Positions 50,951-62,774 of a DNA stretch of 64,000 nucleotides are shown here, in pieces. Within the stretch, counting starts at the first letter, position 1. Each line of letters begins with the position of its first letter. The DNA lies in assembly GCF_006345805.1 (NCBI RefSeq), contig NC_043007.1:19654001-19718000 (forward strand), given 5' to 3'. The notes beneath the pieces were generated by a model. That model saw only the letters and a program-made list of their open reading frames with translations, searched no databases and was not told the origin of the DNA. The stretch comes from Octopus sinensis. Taxonomy: Eukaryota. The position numbers and the translations under genes are program-made.

Positions 50951-51480
50951 CTTAAATTCCACTTTAATGAATAACGAAGAGAATTGTTAGTGACCCTGTT
51001 TCGATTCTCGCCGTTGTTATTGTTGGTTAACCCTCGGCCAGAACTAGTACAGCTGATCAATGAATAAAGATGGGTGGAGATGTCGAATATACAGGCAAAC
51101 AACGGCGGAGGTAAAGATCGTGGACCGGACACCCTTTTGCGACTTTTTAAAATTTTTTTACAGGAACACACTATGTCGAGGGCGGAGATTCCGAATCTGC
51201 AAAAAAAAAAAAAAAAAAAAAAAATTCATATCGAAATTTAATCATAATCTCAATATTTTTCTACGTATTTCGCATCCCCAAAAATAAATTCTTTAAAAAG
51301 TGAAAATTTAAGAAATTTTAGACTAGGGGTTAGACAAGTGGGGTGATTTAAATTTTGAAATGCAGATTTTTTTGATCTTTTCCTTTTGAACGGCACATGT
51401 CAACACAATTTCTAGTTAACTAAACACTTTAAAACTTTGTATACTGGTAGAATGTGTCAAAATAAAACATTCTTTTCTCT

Positions 51481-51966
51481 TGGCTTTCTTGAGAAAATTG
51501 TAATTTGTTTGTTTAACGTAGTTTAATTTTTCGAATTTTAACCAATGAATTGCCTCTAGTGAGCTAAAATCATTTGCTGCGTCTAAAACTGAGACAACAT
51601 CCTGTTACTAACCCTAACCCTCACCCTAACCCTAACCCTAAATTTTTTTTTCCTGATTGTTAAAATTAATTTAATTGTTACGCGTGTAAAAAAAAACCAA
51701 AGGCTAATTGTTTAAATTATTTTCCATTGCTTTCGTTTTAGCCTTTCGTTTTTTTCTCTTAATTGTTATCCTTAAATTAATTTAACAATTAAGAAAAAAA
51801 AACGAAAGGCAAAAATTTAGGGTTAAGGTGAGCGTGAGGGTGGGGGTGTTGTCTCAGTTTTAGACGCAGCAAATGATTTTAGCTCAATTAAAGGCGATTC
51901 ATTGGTTAAAATTCGAAAAATTAAACTACGTTAAACAAACGAATTACAATTTTCTCAAGAAAACCA
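51481..51966. mobile_element. Fold-back repeat with ~165-bp arms and (CCCTAA)n-like tracts
   Basis: 51481-51647 is the imperfect reverse complement of 51811-51966; a related reverse-oriented single arm is at about 48690-48950. Confidence 0.7.
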
Positions 51967-52533
51967 ACAAACAAACAGCAACAACAACAAGAAAAGGAGC
52001 AGTTGGTGTGAGGTCGCTTGGTTGGTTACGGGTTAGCACACCTTTCAGTCAGATTAGGTCAGATTAACTGACTTGTGTGAGGTCCCTGGGGTCGGAGTGG
52101 TGGTGAGGCATACATTGTCACCAACTTGTTTCAAGGGGTACAAACGGGGATGGCCACCCCTGATTTTATCCTGCTTAAGAAGCACTTCTTCTTCTTAAGA
52201 CTTCAAACGCTGGGCCGGATTAAATGTTCTGCTCGAAAACAACCAGCCGCTCAAACAAACAATCTTTTAAGAGTCTTAACGGCAGTGATTATAGCATTTG
52301 ACATTATCATATTATCACCACCACCACCACACCGCCACCGCCCCCGCTGCCACCACCATTACCGGCAGCAGGTCTACCTTCAATGTCATCATCATCACCA
52401 TCATCATCACCATCATCATCGTCATCATCACCAATACTTCTCTGTTTGGTTGACATGCACCCTCGTACAAAGTTTCCAGTTTAAACTAATCCAAAGTATT
52501 TAATACATGCACACACGAACACGCACATATATA

Positions 52534-52566
<33 letters not shown>

Positions 52567-52618
52567 TATATATGTATATATGTATGTATATATGTATGTA
52601 TGTATTATGTATGTATGT

Positions 52619-52650
<32 letters not shown>

Positions 52651-52765
52651 CATATATACACATATGCATGTATATATGTATATTTATGTAATGTATGTAT
52701 GTATTATGCATGTATGTATGTATGTATGTATATATGTATGTATATATATATATATATACATATAT

Positions 52766-52805
<40 letters not shown>

Positions 52806-53078
52806 ATATATGTATATATATATATATATACATACATACATACATATATGCAAATATATTATATATATTGAAAAAGTTAAGACGATTCACGGATGCGCGC
52901 ATGTGTGTATGTGTGTATATATATATGTATATATATATATATATATGACTGAAGATTAAAGGCTTCGAATGACCTGTCTGTTTTCTGTGTTCGTCTCTTT
53001 ATATATATATTTTTATTCCTATATATATATATATATATATATATATGTTATATATTATTATATATATATATATATATT

Positions 53079-53148
<70 letters not shown>

Positions 53149-53530
53149 GTATATATATTTGCATGTACGTACATGTATGTCTGTATGTATATATGTCTGT
53201 CTTGTATGTTTGTATGCATGCATGCGTATGAGTGTGTGTGTAATGTTTTTTTGGGGGGGGAAATCCCGAAGAATAACTAATGAGTTCTTGTCGATACAAA
53301 GCATACTTGTTGTCACTGGAGGCAAAGAAACATGAACGAATCGGGATTACACCTGAATTAGCGAACGGAACTGTTTTTTAAAAAGAATAATTTGGGCGAG
53401 TAAAAAACAGCGGAGACAACACGGAAATTTGAATTGTATTCACATGCAATGAAAATATGCATATGAATACGGCCACACAACCGCACGGCCTTCCCTTTTC
53501 CCTTCGCTATGTCTATATGTCTGTTCGTAA

Positions 53531-53790
53531 GGCGGCGAACTGGCAGAAACGTTAGCACGCCGGGCGAAATGCGTAGCCGTATTTCGTCTGCCGTTACGTT
53601 CTGAGTTCAAATTACGCCGAGGTCGACTTTCGGGGTCGATAAATTAAGTACCAGTTACGCACTGGGGTCGATGTAATCGACTTAATCCGTTTGTCTGTCC
53701 TTGTTTGTCCACTCTGTGTTTAGCCCCTTGTGGGTAGTAAAGAAATACTTTGTCCCCTCTGTGTTTAGCTCCTTGTGGGTAGTAAAGAAT
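53531..53790 (+). mobile_element. SINE family C
   Basis: Head and body, duplicated tail. Confidence 0.8.
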
Positions 53791-55634
53791 ATATATATCT
53801 GTTGTTCGTCTCTCCCACACCCTATTTTTGCACCCAGGTGCTATGCTCTCAGATCCTTGTTACCTGTAAGTACACCCTAGCACTGCACCATCTCTCTTCT
53901 GCTCTCTCTTACACGTTTGCTGTTTCCTTTTCTCTCCCTCTCTCTCTTTCTCTTGGTCACTCTCTCCCCCCTCTGTACCCTCCCCTCTTTCTCTTCCCTC
54001 TCTCCCCCTCTCTCTCCACCTTCTTTTGTTTTCCTCTGACTAGGAAACCAAGTATCTCCTTTACATCAGCACACTTGTTTCTTGTCTCTTTCTCACTCTC
54101 TTCTCTGTCACGCTCTCCTTTCTCTCTCTCACTGGGTAACCATGTACCTCCTCTATAGCAAGACACCTATTTCTGCCCCTCTATTTCCTCGTTACACTCT
54201 AACCTTTCATCATTTGATACTGGATCACCTCCTCTAATACAAGACATCTGCTTCTCTCTCTCTGTCTCTTTGTCACACTCTAACCTTTCATCCCCTGACA
54301 CAAGTTCCCCTCAAATGCCCCGTCCCTCTTTATAATTCCTTGTCTTGTCAGTTACTTCATTACCTGCCAGTGGTGCTTCCACGTTAAAAGCATTCAGTCT
54401 ATACTGTAACGTGGTTGGCATTTGGAAGGGCATCCAACAATCGTAAAAATATCATACCTGTGCTAGCGTATGTAAAAAACACTGAGTCCACTCTGCAGAG
54501 TGGTTTGGTGTTGGGAAGGGCATCCAGCCATAAAAAAACCCTGCCAAAACAGACACAGTAGCCTTGGGCAGTTTTTCTACCCATGCATGCATGGAACATG
54601 GATGCTAAACGATGATGATATATATGCATAATTCTTTCTTTCTAAATAATATATAAATATACATATATATTTGTTCAAAAAACGTGAACAAAATGAGAAA
54701 CGAGAAGACAAAAACATGGAAAACGAACCTTTTTTTTCGAACAACGAAATAAACAATTAAAGAAACGAGACAGGCAACATAAAGAACATTTCCTTCATCG
54801 GTTGTCCCCTGTTTTATCTATTCTGCGTTTCGAAGGTAGGGACGAGACGCAACTTCATTAAAACAGTCCTGCCCGCTTGGGATATTTTGCGTAGGGTTAA
54901 AGTGGTAACAAAAACAGGACAGTAAGAATAAAAACAGAAAAAACAAACGGTGAGGGCTGTTAAGTCAAGACGAGGTGAAGTGATGAACGCTGGAAAAACG
55001 AACTTTGAGAAGAGACAGGTAAAAGCACGTCTTGTCTTTAGGAAACATACATCCATACACACCACACACACACACACACCACACACACACACACACGCAC
55101 ATATACAGATACACACACATGTATTAATATATACATAAATCTTAAAACTTATATACAAATTAGAAGCCCTATTTCTCTGAATCTCCTGGATTTGTACTGT
55201 ATATAAACAGATTGGCTGCGGGATTCTCTGGAATTGATCAAACTGATGTAGACACCAAAAATGAGAAGTAGATAAAGTTCTAAAATCGATGAAGGCCATT
55301 CATCCATATTTTGGTCTACGGGAATATTATTAAATTTACCCTATTTCACTAAAACGTCGGCTTGAAGTGTGACTGCAAAATGTGGTGCTGAAAACGTCCA
55401 TCAAAGGTGGCTAGAAGTGGTTTCTCTTTGAGCGGGCGGATATAGATTAAAACAGAAAATGAAAACGCAAAAATATCTATCATATTTAGTAAAATAACCG
55501 ATCTGAAACAAGGGTTCAGTCACACTGCGTGGTACCTTTGGCAGTGCCTTCTGCTATAGCCTCGGGCCGACCAAAGCCTTGTGAGTGGATTTAGTAGACG
55601 GAAACAGAAAGAAGCCTGTCGTATAGATAGATAG

Positions 55635-55681
<47 letters not shown>

Positions 55682-56089
55682 GTATGCATATATATATGTA
55701 TATATGTTTATATATAGTTAATCCAAACAAGAAAGCACAAAAAAACACAACAATGCGAGGACGTGGAACAAATATAGTATTATTGGACGCCCAGGAAAGA
55801 AGGAAAGAAGGAGGGTTTAATGTTTTGAGCGGAGCTCTTCGTCGGAAACATAGGAGAAGGAAAGATCCAGAGAAGGGAAGACAGAGGAAAAAAATCGCCA
55901 ACGGTACACACGAGGTCATATTTGGGTGTGTGTGTGCATGTGTCATATATACGGGTATATATGAGTATACACACACACATATACAGTTATATATGTGTAT
56001 ACGCACACACTCATACACACATATACAAGTATATATGAGTATACACACACACACATATATTCAGGTATATACGAGTGTATATATAAATA

Positions 56090-56129
<40 letters not shown>

Positions 56130-56974
56130 TCTCTGTCTCTCACACACAGATTAAAGTATGGCATGGCAATGACTTGAATGTCTCGACGGTTGTTGCCTTC
56201 AAGCTTTCACCGATCGTTGACTTCGGCAGAAATCAGTGATCGATGAAATCTTTTCCTTGTATCAATAATTGTGCGACAGGCTACCCTTAAATGGATTCAG
56301 TGATCCTGCCACGCCTACATTTGCTGCTCATTACGATACATCCATGGCCACCCGTTTCATCTACCCGTTGCAACGCAGCCGCTCCGTTCAGTCATCATCT
56401 CTCAATCCCGGCCCCCGACCCCCTCCACCTGTGCTGGTCATCCTTCTTTTGGCCCCTTTGTTGGCCCTGCTCAACAGACACTAACCTCACCCCGCTCTGC
56501 TCCCAGCCAACACTCTTCCTCCTTCGAACCACCTCCATTGCCTTTACCTCATCACACGCTTTTACCTTTGCCCACCTCTGCAATACCCTAGCCCTAACCC
56601 TAATTACTAAATATCCCTGCCTTTTCCCGTCGTATTTGTGCCCCTCATTCTGGTCCCTTTTTTTAATGCTATCGCACTGTCAGTTTGCCCATCCGCCTGC
56701 CTGCCTTTCTGTCCGTCTGCTCTGTCTGTCTGTAATCGACTTAATCCCTTTGTCTGTCCTCGTTTGTCACCTCTGTGTGTAGCCCCTTGTGGACAATAAA
56801 GAAATAGGTTTCAGGCACCCTGACACCCGCGGGTCGACGAAGATGACATCATTGACGACGAGAGCAATGTATACAAATGACGAAAAGCTACCCGAATCAG
56901 TTTTCCAATGCAGTATTTTTACGCTATTATTCAGAGATTTATTATCTGCTTCGAGATCCAGTATTACAAAAAGC

Positions 56975-57049
<75 letters not shown>

Positions 57050-57385
57050 TAAATATAGATATATACATACATGAGTGTATATATATGTATGCATTTAGTC
57101 ACATACATACCTGTACATGCATCAGAGTTCATGCATATACAGGTACACACGCAAAGGCACATGTACACAGGCATGTGTGTGTGTCATTGCATGTAAATTT
57201 CAGGTGGATTAAGACAGCCTGCTGAATGGCTTCTTTAATAATCCTCACCTCACAGCAGATGATCTGATCTCTTTCTCCCCCACCTACTCCTACACACACA
57301 TATGTATGTATGTATGTATGTATGTATGTGTTTATGTATATAAACACATATATATATATATATGTATACACATATATATATATAT

Positions 57386-57416
<31 letters not shown>

Positions 57417-57590
57417 CATATGTATATATGTATACGCATATATATATATATATATAATATATATATATATAGCATATTTATAGATATATATATGTATATC
57501 TATATACATATATATGTATATATATATGTGTATATATATAAACAGTATATAAATATATAAACATATATATACATATTGTATAATATATAA

Positions 57591-57653
<63 letters not shown>

Positions 57654-57779
57654 ATATATATATACATACATTATATATATATAATATAACATACATATAT
57701 ACGTACATACGCACCACAGATCCACCGACACACATCACCATTGCTTGCTTGCTTTGCCGTTCACGACTCTGTCTTCAAG

Positions 57780-57858
57780 ATGTCTGCCTGGTGTCTGTTG
57801 CTTATTGCTGCGGTCTTCCCGCTCGTCGCCGTCGCAACGTCGCCCTACCTGGAATGTG
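57780..57858 (+). CDS. NPC2: NPC2-like coding exon 1 (signal peptide)
   Basis: ATG 57780, hydrophobic signal peptide ending AVA, 79 nt, phase-1 donor G|gtcagt. The ATG follows a pyrimidine tract + AG, so an upstream UTR exon is possible. Confidence 0.8.
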
Positions 57859-58040
57859 GTCAGTGGTCTTGTTTATGCCTTGCACATTGCACACTACATG
57901 CACATTTATGCATTCAAGAATGCATGCACTTTTGAATAGATATATATGTGTGTGTGTGTGGTCTCTTTCTCTATATCTTTATTTAACACACACACATAAA
58001 CGCATACATCTATTTATGTACACATACACGCGTATATCTA

Positions 58041-58106
<66 letters not shown>

Positions 58107-58220
58107 TATATATATATATTATATAAATATAATATATTATATATAATATATATATATGTAATATATATATATATAATGTATATGTATATAATATATAGAT
58201 ATATTATATATATATATATA

Positions 58221-58260
<40 letters not shown>

Positions 58261-58719
58261 TATACTATGTCGTATATCCTTTGTGTTCTGTTTTTATTTA
58301 TTTGATATATATATATATATATATATATTGAAATTGCGAGGATGATCCGTTCTTGACTGAAGATTGAAGGCTTCGAATATCCCGTATCATCTCCTAAATG
58401 TTTTGCGTTCTTGTCCCAGTTTGTATTTTTATACACATATGTATATATATGTATATATATATATTTGTTTTGCAAGATTTTTTATGTGAAATCGTGTGTT
58501 GAAACATATACTGTTGTATTTGGGAATGGTCATTTTGCCAGGTTAGCCAATAAAAAAAAACTGACGAAGTCACCGGAGTGTGACGAAAGAACTCTGGCCG
58601 AAAAAGGATTAAGATTAATGTAAAAAATAAATAACGCGCTGAAGCAAAGTAACACCAAATATATAGTGCGTGTGTTTTTATTGGCTAAACTGGCAAAATG
58701 ACCATTCCTAAATACAACA

Positions 58720-58762
<43 letters not shown>

Positions 58763-60381
58763 TATATATATATTATATATATATACTAGCAGTATCGCCC
58801 GGCGTTGCTCGGGTTTGTAGGGAAATAACTATATAAGCATTTTTAGAGAGTTACTTCCCTTATAAATTCGGGCTTTCTTAGCCATTTTTGTTTTGGTGTC
58901 TTCAAGCCATGAAGTCGTTGTTCTAAAAGAACGCTGGTTTCCTTGACAACGCTTTACGACGTTGATTTCTTTACACTCCCTTCCCCACAGCTTCACGAGG
59001 GAGGGGAGAAGGGGGAGAAGCAAACAGGTGCAGCTGTGAGCGTGGACGCCAACTCCGCCGCCATCGACACACGATGCATTTTATGCATTAAAATGGAATA
59101 AAAAATGATGTTAAATTATTTTTAAAATCGTAGACTCATCGTTGACGCGCGCTAATAGTCAGACGGGCTCGATATGAATCACGACTATAAGATACCCGAA
59201 TTTGGTTAAACTGCACCGCAAAATGTGGGAGGAATTAGGAATCTAAATCGAAGGGGACAGACACTCACACAACTAGAGTTTTATATATATAGATATACCG
59301 GACAAAATGCTAACCATCATTTCGTCCGTCTTTATGTTCTGAGCTTAAATTCTGCATAAGTCAACTTTGATTTTCATCGTTTCGGATGCTAAAATGAATA
59401 CCAGTCATGTAATGGTGTTGATGTAGTTAACTGGCATACACCCCTAAAATTTCAGGCTTCAAGCCTATAATTGAAAGAACTACATATGATAAGATAGGAT
59501 AGGGGCCGGACTGAGAGTATTAATGGGCCCTCGAGCATAACTATCCCTTAACATTGATAGCAAAGAGAGTTAACATGTAGAGTGCCCGACTGACCGACTG
59601 CTCAATCCGCCCTTGGGATAGGATATCTATATATATAAATCTCTAGTTGTGTGAGTGTCTGTCCCCTTCGATTTAGATTCCTAACTCCTCCCACATTTTG
59701 CGGTGCAGTTTAACCAAATTCGGGTATCTTATAGTCGTGATTCATATCGAGCCCGTCTGACTATTAGCGCGCGTCAACGATGAGTCTACGATTTTTAAAA
59801 TAATTTAACATCATTTTTTATTCCATTTTAATGCATAAAATGCATCGTGTGTCGATGGCGGCGGAGCTGGCGTCCACGCTCACAGCTGCACCTGTTTGCT
59901 TCTCCCCCTTCCCTCCCTCGTAAAGCTGTGGGGAAGGGAGTGTAAAGAAATCAACGTCGTAAAGCGTTGTGAAGGAAACCAGCGTTCTTTTAGAACAACG
60001 ACTCCATGGCTTGAAGACACCAAAACAAAAATGGCTAAGAAAGCCCGAATTTATAAGGGAAGTAACTCTCTAAAAATGCTTATATAGTTATTTCCCTTAC
60101 AAACCCGAGCAACGCCGGGCGATACTGCTAGTGATATATATATATATCACTCTTTTACTTGTTTCGGTCATTTGACAGTGGGCAAATGCTGGACCCCAGG
60201 AATTATTTTATCGGTTCCTTTTGCCGAACGGCCAAGTTACGGGGACGTAAACACACCAGCATCGGTTGTCAAGCGATGTTTGGGGGGGGGGGGATGACAA
60301 ACACAGACACACAAACATATACACACACATATATATATACATATATACATATATATATGTGTTGTGTGTGTTATGTATATG

Positions 60382-60463
<82 letters not shown>

Positions 60464-60690
60464 GTCCCGGGTTGATTCGGGGTTAACCACAGTAAATAAG
60501 GTACTCAATACATAGCAGAGTAAAATTAATTTATTATATAGAAGGAGCTTCTACAGGACTAGAACTGTTTCATTCAAGAGAAATCATCAGGAAGCTTCTG
60601 ATGATTTCTCTTGAATGACAGTTCTAGTCCTGTAGAAGCTCCTTCTATATAATAAATAAATATATATATATTATATATATATATATAATA

Positions 60691-60749
<59 letters not shown>

Positions 60750-60978
60750 TATATATATATATGTACATATATACGACAGGCTTTTAACCAAATCCACTCA
60801 CAAGAGTGGTCGGCCCGAGGCTGTAGTAGAAGACACTCGCCCAAGGTGTCACGCAGTGGGACTGAATCCGGAACCATGTGGTTCGTAAGCAAGCTACTTA
60901 CCACACAGCCAGTCCTCTCTCTCATCTCTCTCTCTCTATATATATATAATATATATATATGTATATCTATATATATAT

Positions 60979-61060
<82 letters not shown>

Positions 61061-61185
61061 GTGTGTGTATATATATATATATTATACGCACGCATGTGTG
61101 TATGTATGTAATTAATTTTTATATCTAGTTATACCCTTTCTGCTTATAGGCAGAAGGCCTGAAATTTGGGGGAGGGGACCAGTCG

Positions 61186-61237
<52 letters not shown>

Positions 61238-61809
61238 AATGGAGTTGAACGCAGGTGTTATTCAAATTCTTTTACTTTCGACACATGCCTTGTTGTTGAG
61301 ATAGGTTCTCTTTCTTTCCTGATGTGAAAATTACATTATTTTACACCGTTTATTCCTTTGTAATAAAACCAATGTCATCTTCGAAACATACGTCGAAAGT
61401 AAAAGAATTTGAATAACACCTGCGTTCAACTCCATTTATTTACTTATACTATACAAATTACTGCACATTAACCCGGAGTTTCTACCTTTGAATAGGTCGC
61501 TACATCCTTGTTACTTGCGTGAATTTTGCTACCCTGGTAACTGTTTATTGAATTTTCCGTGTTAACTGCAAACAAAGATATATATATATATAAAATATTG
61601 TATTATATAAATATTTATGGAAATATATTTAAAATAAATTTTGTCTGAGAATAAAAGCTTGAAATGTATTTTAATATATTTTTCTTAATCTACCGAAGAC
61701 GCTGCCCATGGGACGGTCTTAGATGTCCGAGTGAGCGACTGTTCCGCCGAGGGACCGTGTATTTTGACCAGGAATCAAAATGTTTCAATTGAAGTGGATT
61801 TTGCACCGA
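57780..61809 (+). CDS. NPC2: NPC2-like ML-domain lipid/sterol-binding protein, 5' partial (coding exons 57780-57858 and 61699-61809; remainder outside the window)
   Basis: Spliced translation [27 protein letters not shown]|[37 protein letters not shown]: signal peptide, the first three ML-domain cysteines in NPC2-like spacing, and two phase-1 introns at the same positions as vertebrate NPC2 (after C-G and after the F-x-x strand). Donors gtcagt and gtaagt, acceptor ccgaag. Confidence 0.82.
58506..58725. mobile_element. Fold-back element (51-bp arms) enclosing a hammerhead core at 58561-58599 (+)
   Basis: Arms 58506-58556 / 58675-58725 with 3 mismatches; CTGACGA-A-GTCAC cggagt GTGAC-GAAA-GAACTC; no stem I 5' strand next to the core. 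Confidence 0.6.
58786..59293 (-). mobile_element. Non-autonomous Helitron
   Basis: 5' TCTATATATATAA, 3' CCCGAGCAACGCCGGG hairpin + CTAG. Confidence 0.8.
59626..60131 (+). mobile_element. Non-autonomous Helitron, inverted partner of 58786-59293
   Basis: Same termini; the whole length matches the reverse complement of the neighbour with scattered mismatches. Confidence 0.8.
60148..60912 (-). mobile_element. SINE family B split by TA microsatellite and the hammerhead palindrome insert
   Basis: 3' half at 60148-60330, 5' half at 60770-60912. Confidence 0.7.
60546..60596 (-). ncRNA. Type I hammerhead ribozyme with a complete core
   Basis: 5'-AGCUUC CUGAUGA U-UUC-ucuu-GAA-U GAA ACAG-uucuaguc-CUGU A/GAAGCU-3': 6-bp stem I, full CUGAnGA and GAAA, 4-bp stem III, GUA cleavage triplet; stem II is short and closed by U-U. 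Confidence 0.7.
61236..61438. mobile_element. Fold-back element (perfect 47-bp arms) enclosing a degenerate hammerhead at 61314-61399 (+)
   Basis: Arms 61236-61282 / 61392-61438; CTTTC-CTGATG(TG)A...long stem II...TTC-GAAAC-atac-GTC/GAAAG. Confidence 0.6.
61699..61809 (+). CDS. NPC2: NPC2-like coding exon 2
   Basis: 111 nt, phase 1-1, V-x-V-S-D-C...P-C-x-L...V-S-I-E-V-D-F pattern. Confidence 0.85.
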
Positions 61810-62574
61810 GTAAGTAATGTTGTTATTGCTATTTAACCCAACTCCAGCCCTGATCGAGAAAAATCCTTATTCAAAGGCTCTCCAACCGTGACTTTCCATT
61901 TTATGTTATTTCAGGTATATTATCCAGAATTAAGATTTCTAATCTCTTTTATATAACAACGAACTGGGCGAAATGCTTACGTTCTGAGTTCAAATTTCGT
62001 CGAGGTCTACTTTACCTTTCATCCTTTCGGGGTCGATAAATTAAGTACCAGTTATGCACTGGGGTCGTTGTAATCAACTTAATCCTTTTGTCTGTCCTTG
62101 TTTGTCCCCCTCTATGTTTGGCCCTTTGTGGGCAATAAAGAAATAAACGATGAAGCGCTCTTATGATGGCGTATCAACAATTCTTTAATATCTCTATAGA
62201 AATATTGACTAATCTTGGAGTTCCTTCGTTTATTAAAATTTTAATGGTATCGCTTACACCAGCGAATTGTGGTGATTCATTAAGATCGTGAATGATAGGC
62301 ATTTCATAAAATTCCGCTGTGACTTGCGAATCAGCAGATTTTTAAGTACACTTTTCTTGCAGATCTGTAGAATAATGCCCAATGTCAAAGTTTCTATCAT
62401 AATTGCAATAAGATATAACAACGTTACGACATACAACGGCAATTTCAGTGAAAGGGAGACGACTCCGTAAGCTCTGTTACTTCCCTTAGTTTATTAAATT
62501 TGTTAGAACTGGCTGCAGGCAAACAATCAGATTTTGAAGTCTCTCCAGGGACAGCGTCTGCTGTTCGGTAAATA

Positions 62575-62770
<196 letters not shown>

Positions 62771-62774
62771 TATA

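Noticed and set aside
51610-51640. Telomeric (CCCTAA)n as a chromosome end or fusion site
   Set aside because: Only 4-5 degenerate units embedded in an interspersed repeat that has another copy at ~48.7 kb.
52945-52985. CTGAAGA...CTTCGAA motif (also 58350-58390)
   Set aside because: GAAA is incomplete and stems I and III are not consistently supported in both copies.
56269-57052. ORFs upstream of the NPC2-like gene as additional coding exons
   Set aside because: The NPC2-like protein already starts with a complete signal peptide at 57780; these ORFs run into SINE and (CA)n sequence and resemble no family.
61905-62000. tttcag acceptor as NPC2-like exon 3
   Set aside because: The translation lacks the expected V-x-G...P-F-P...D-x-C...C-P motifs and runs into a SINE; the true exon 3 is probably beyond 64000.
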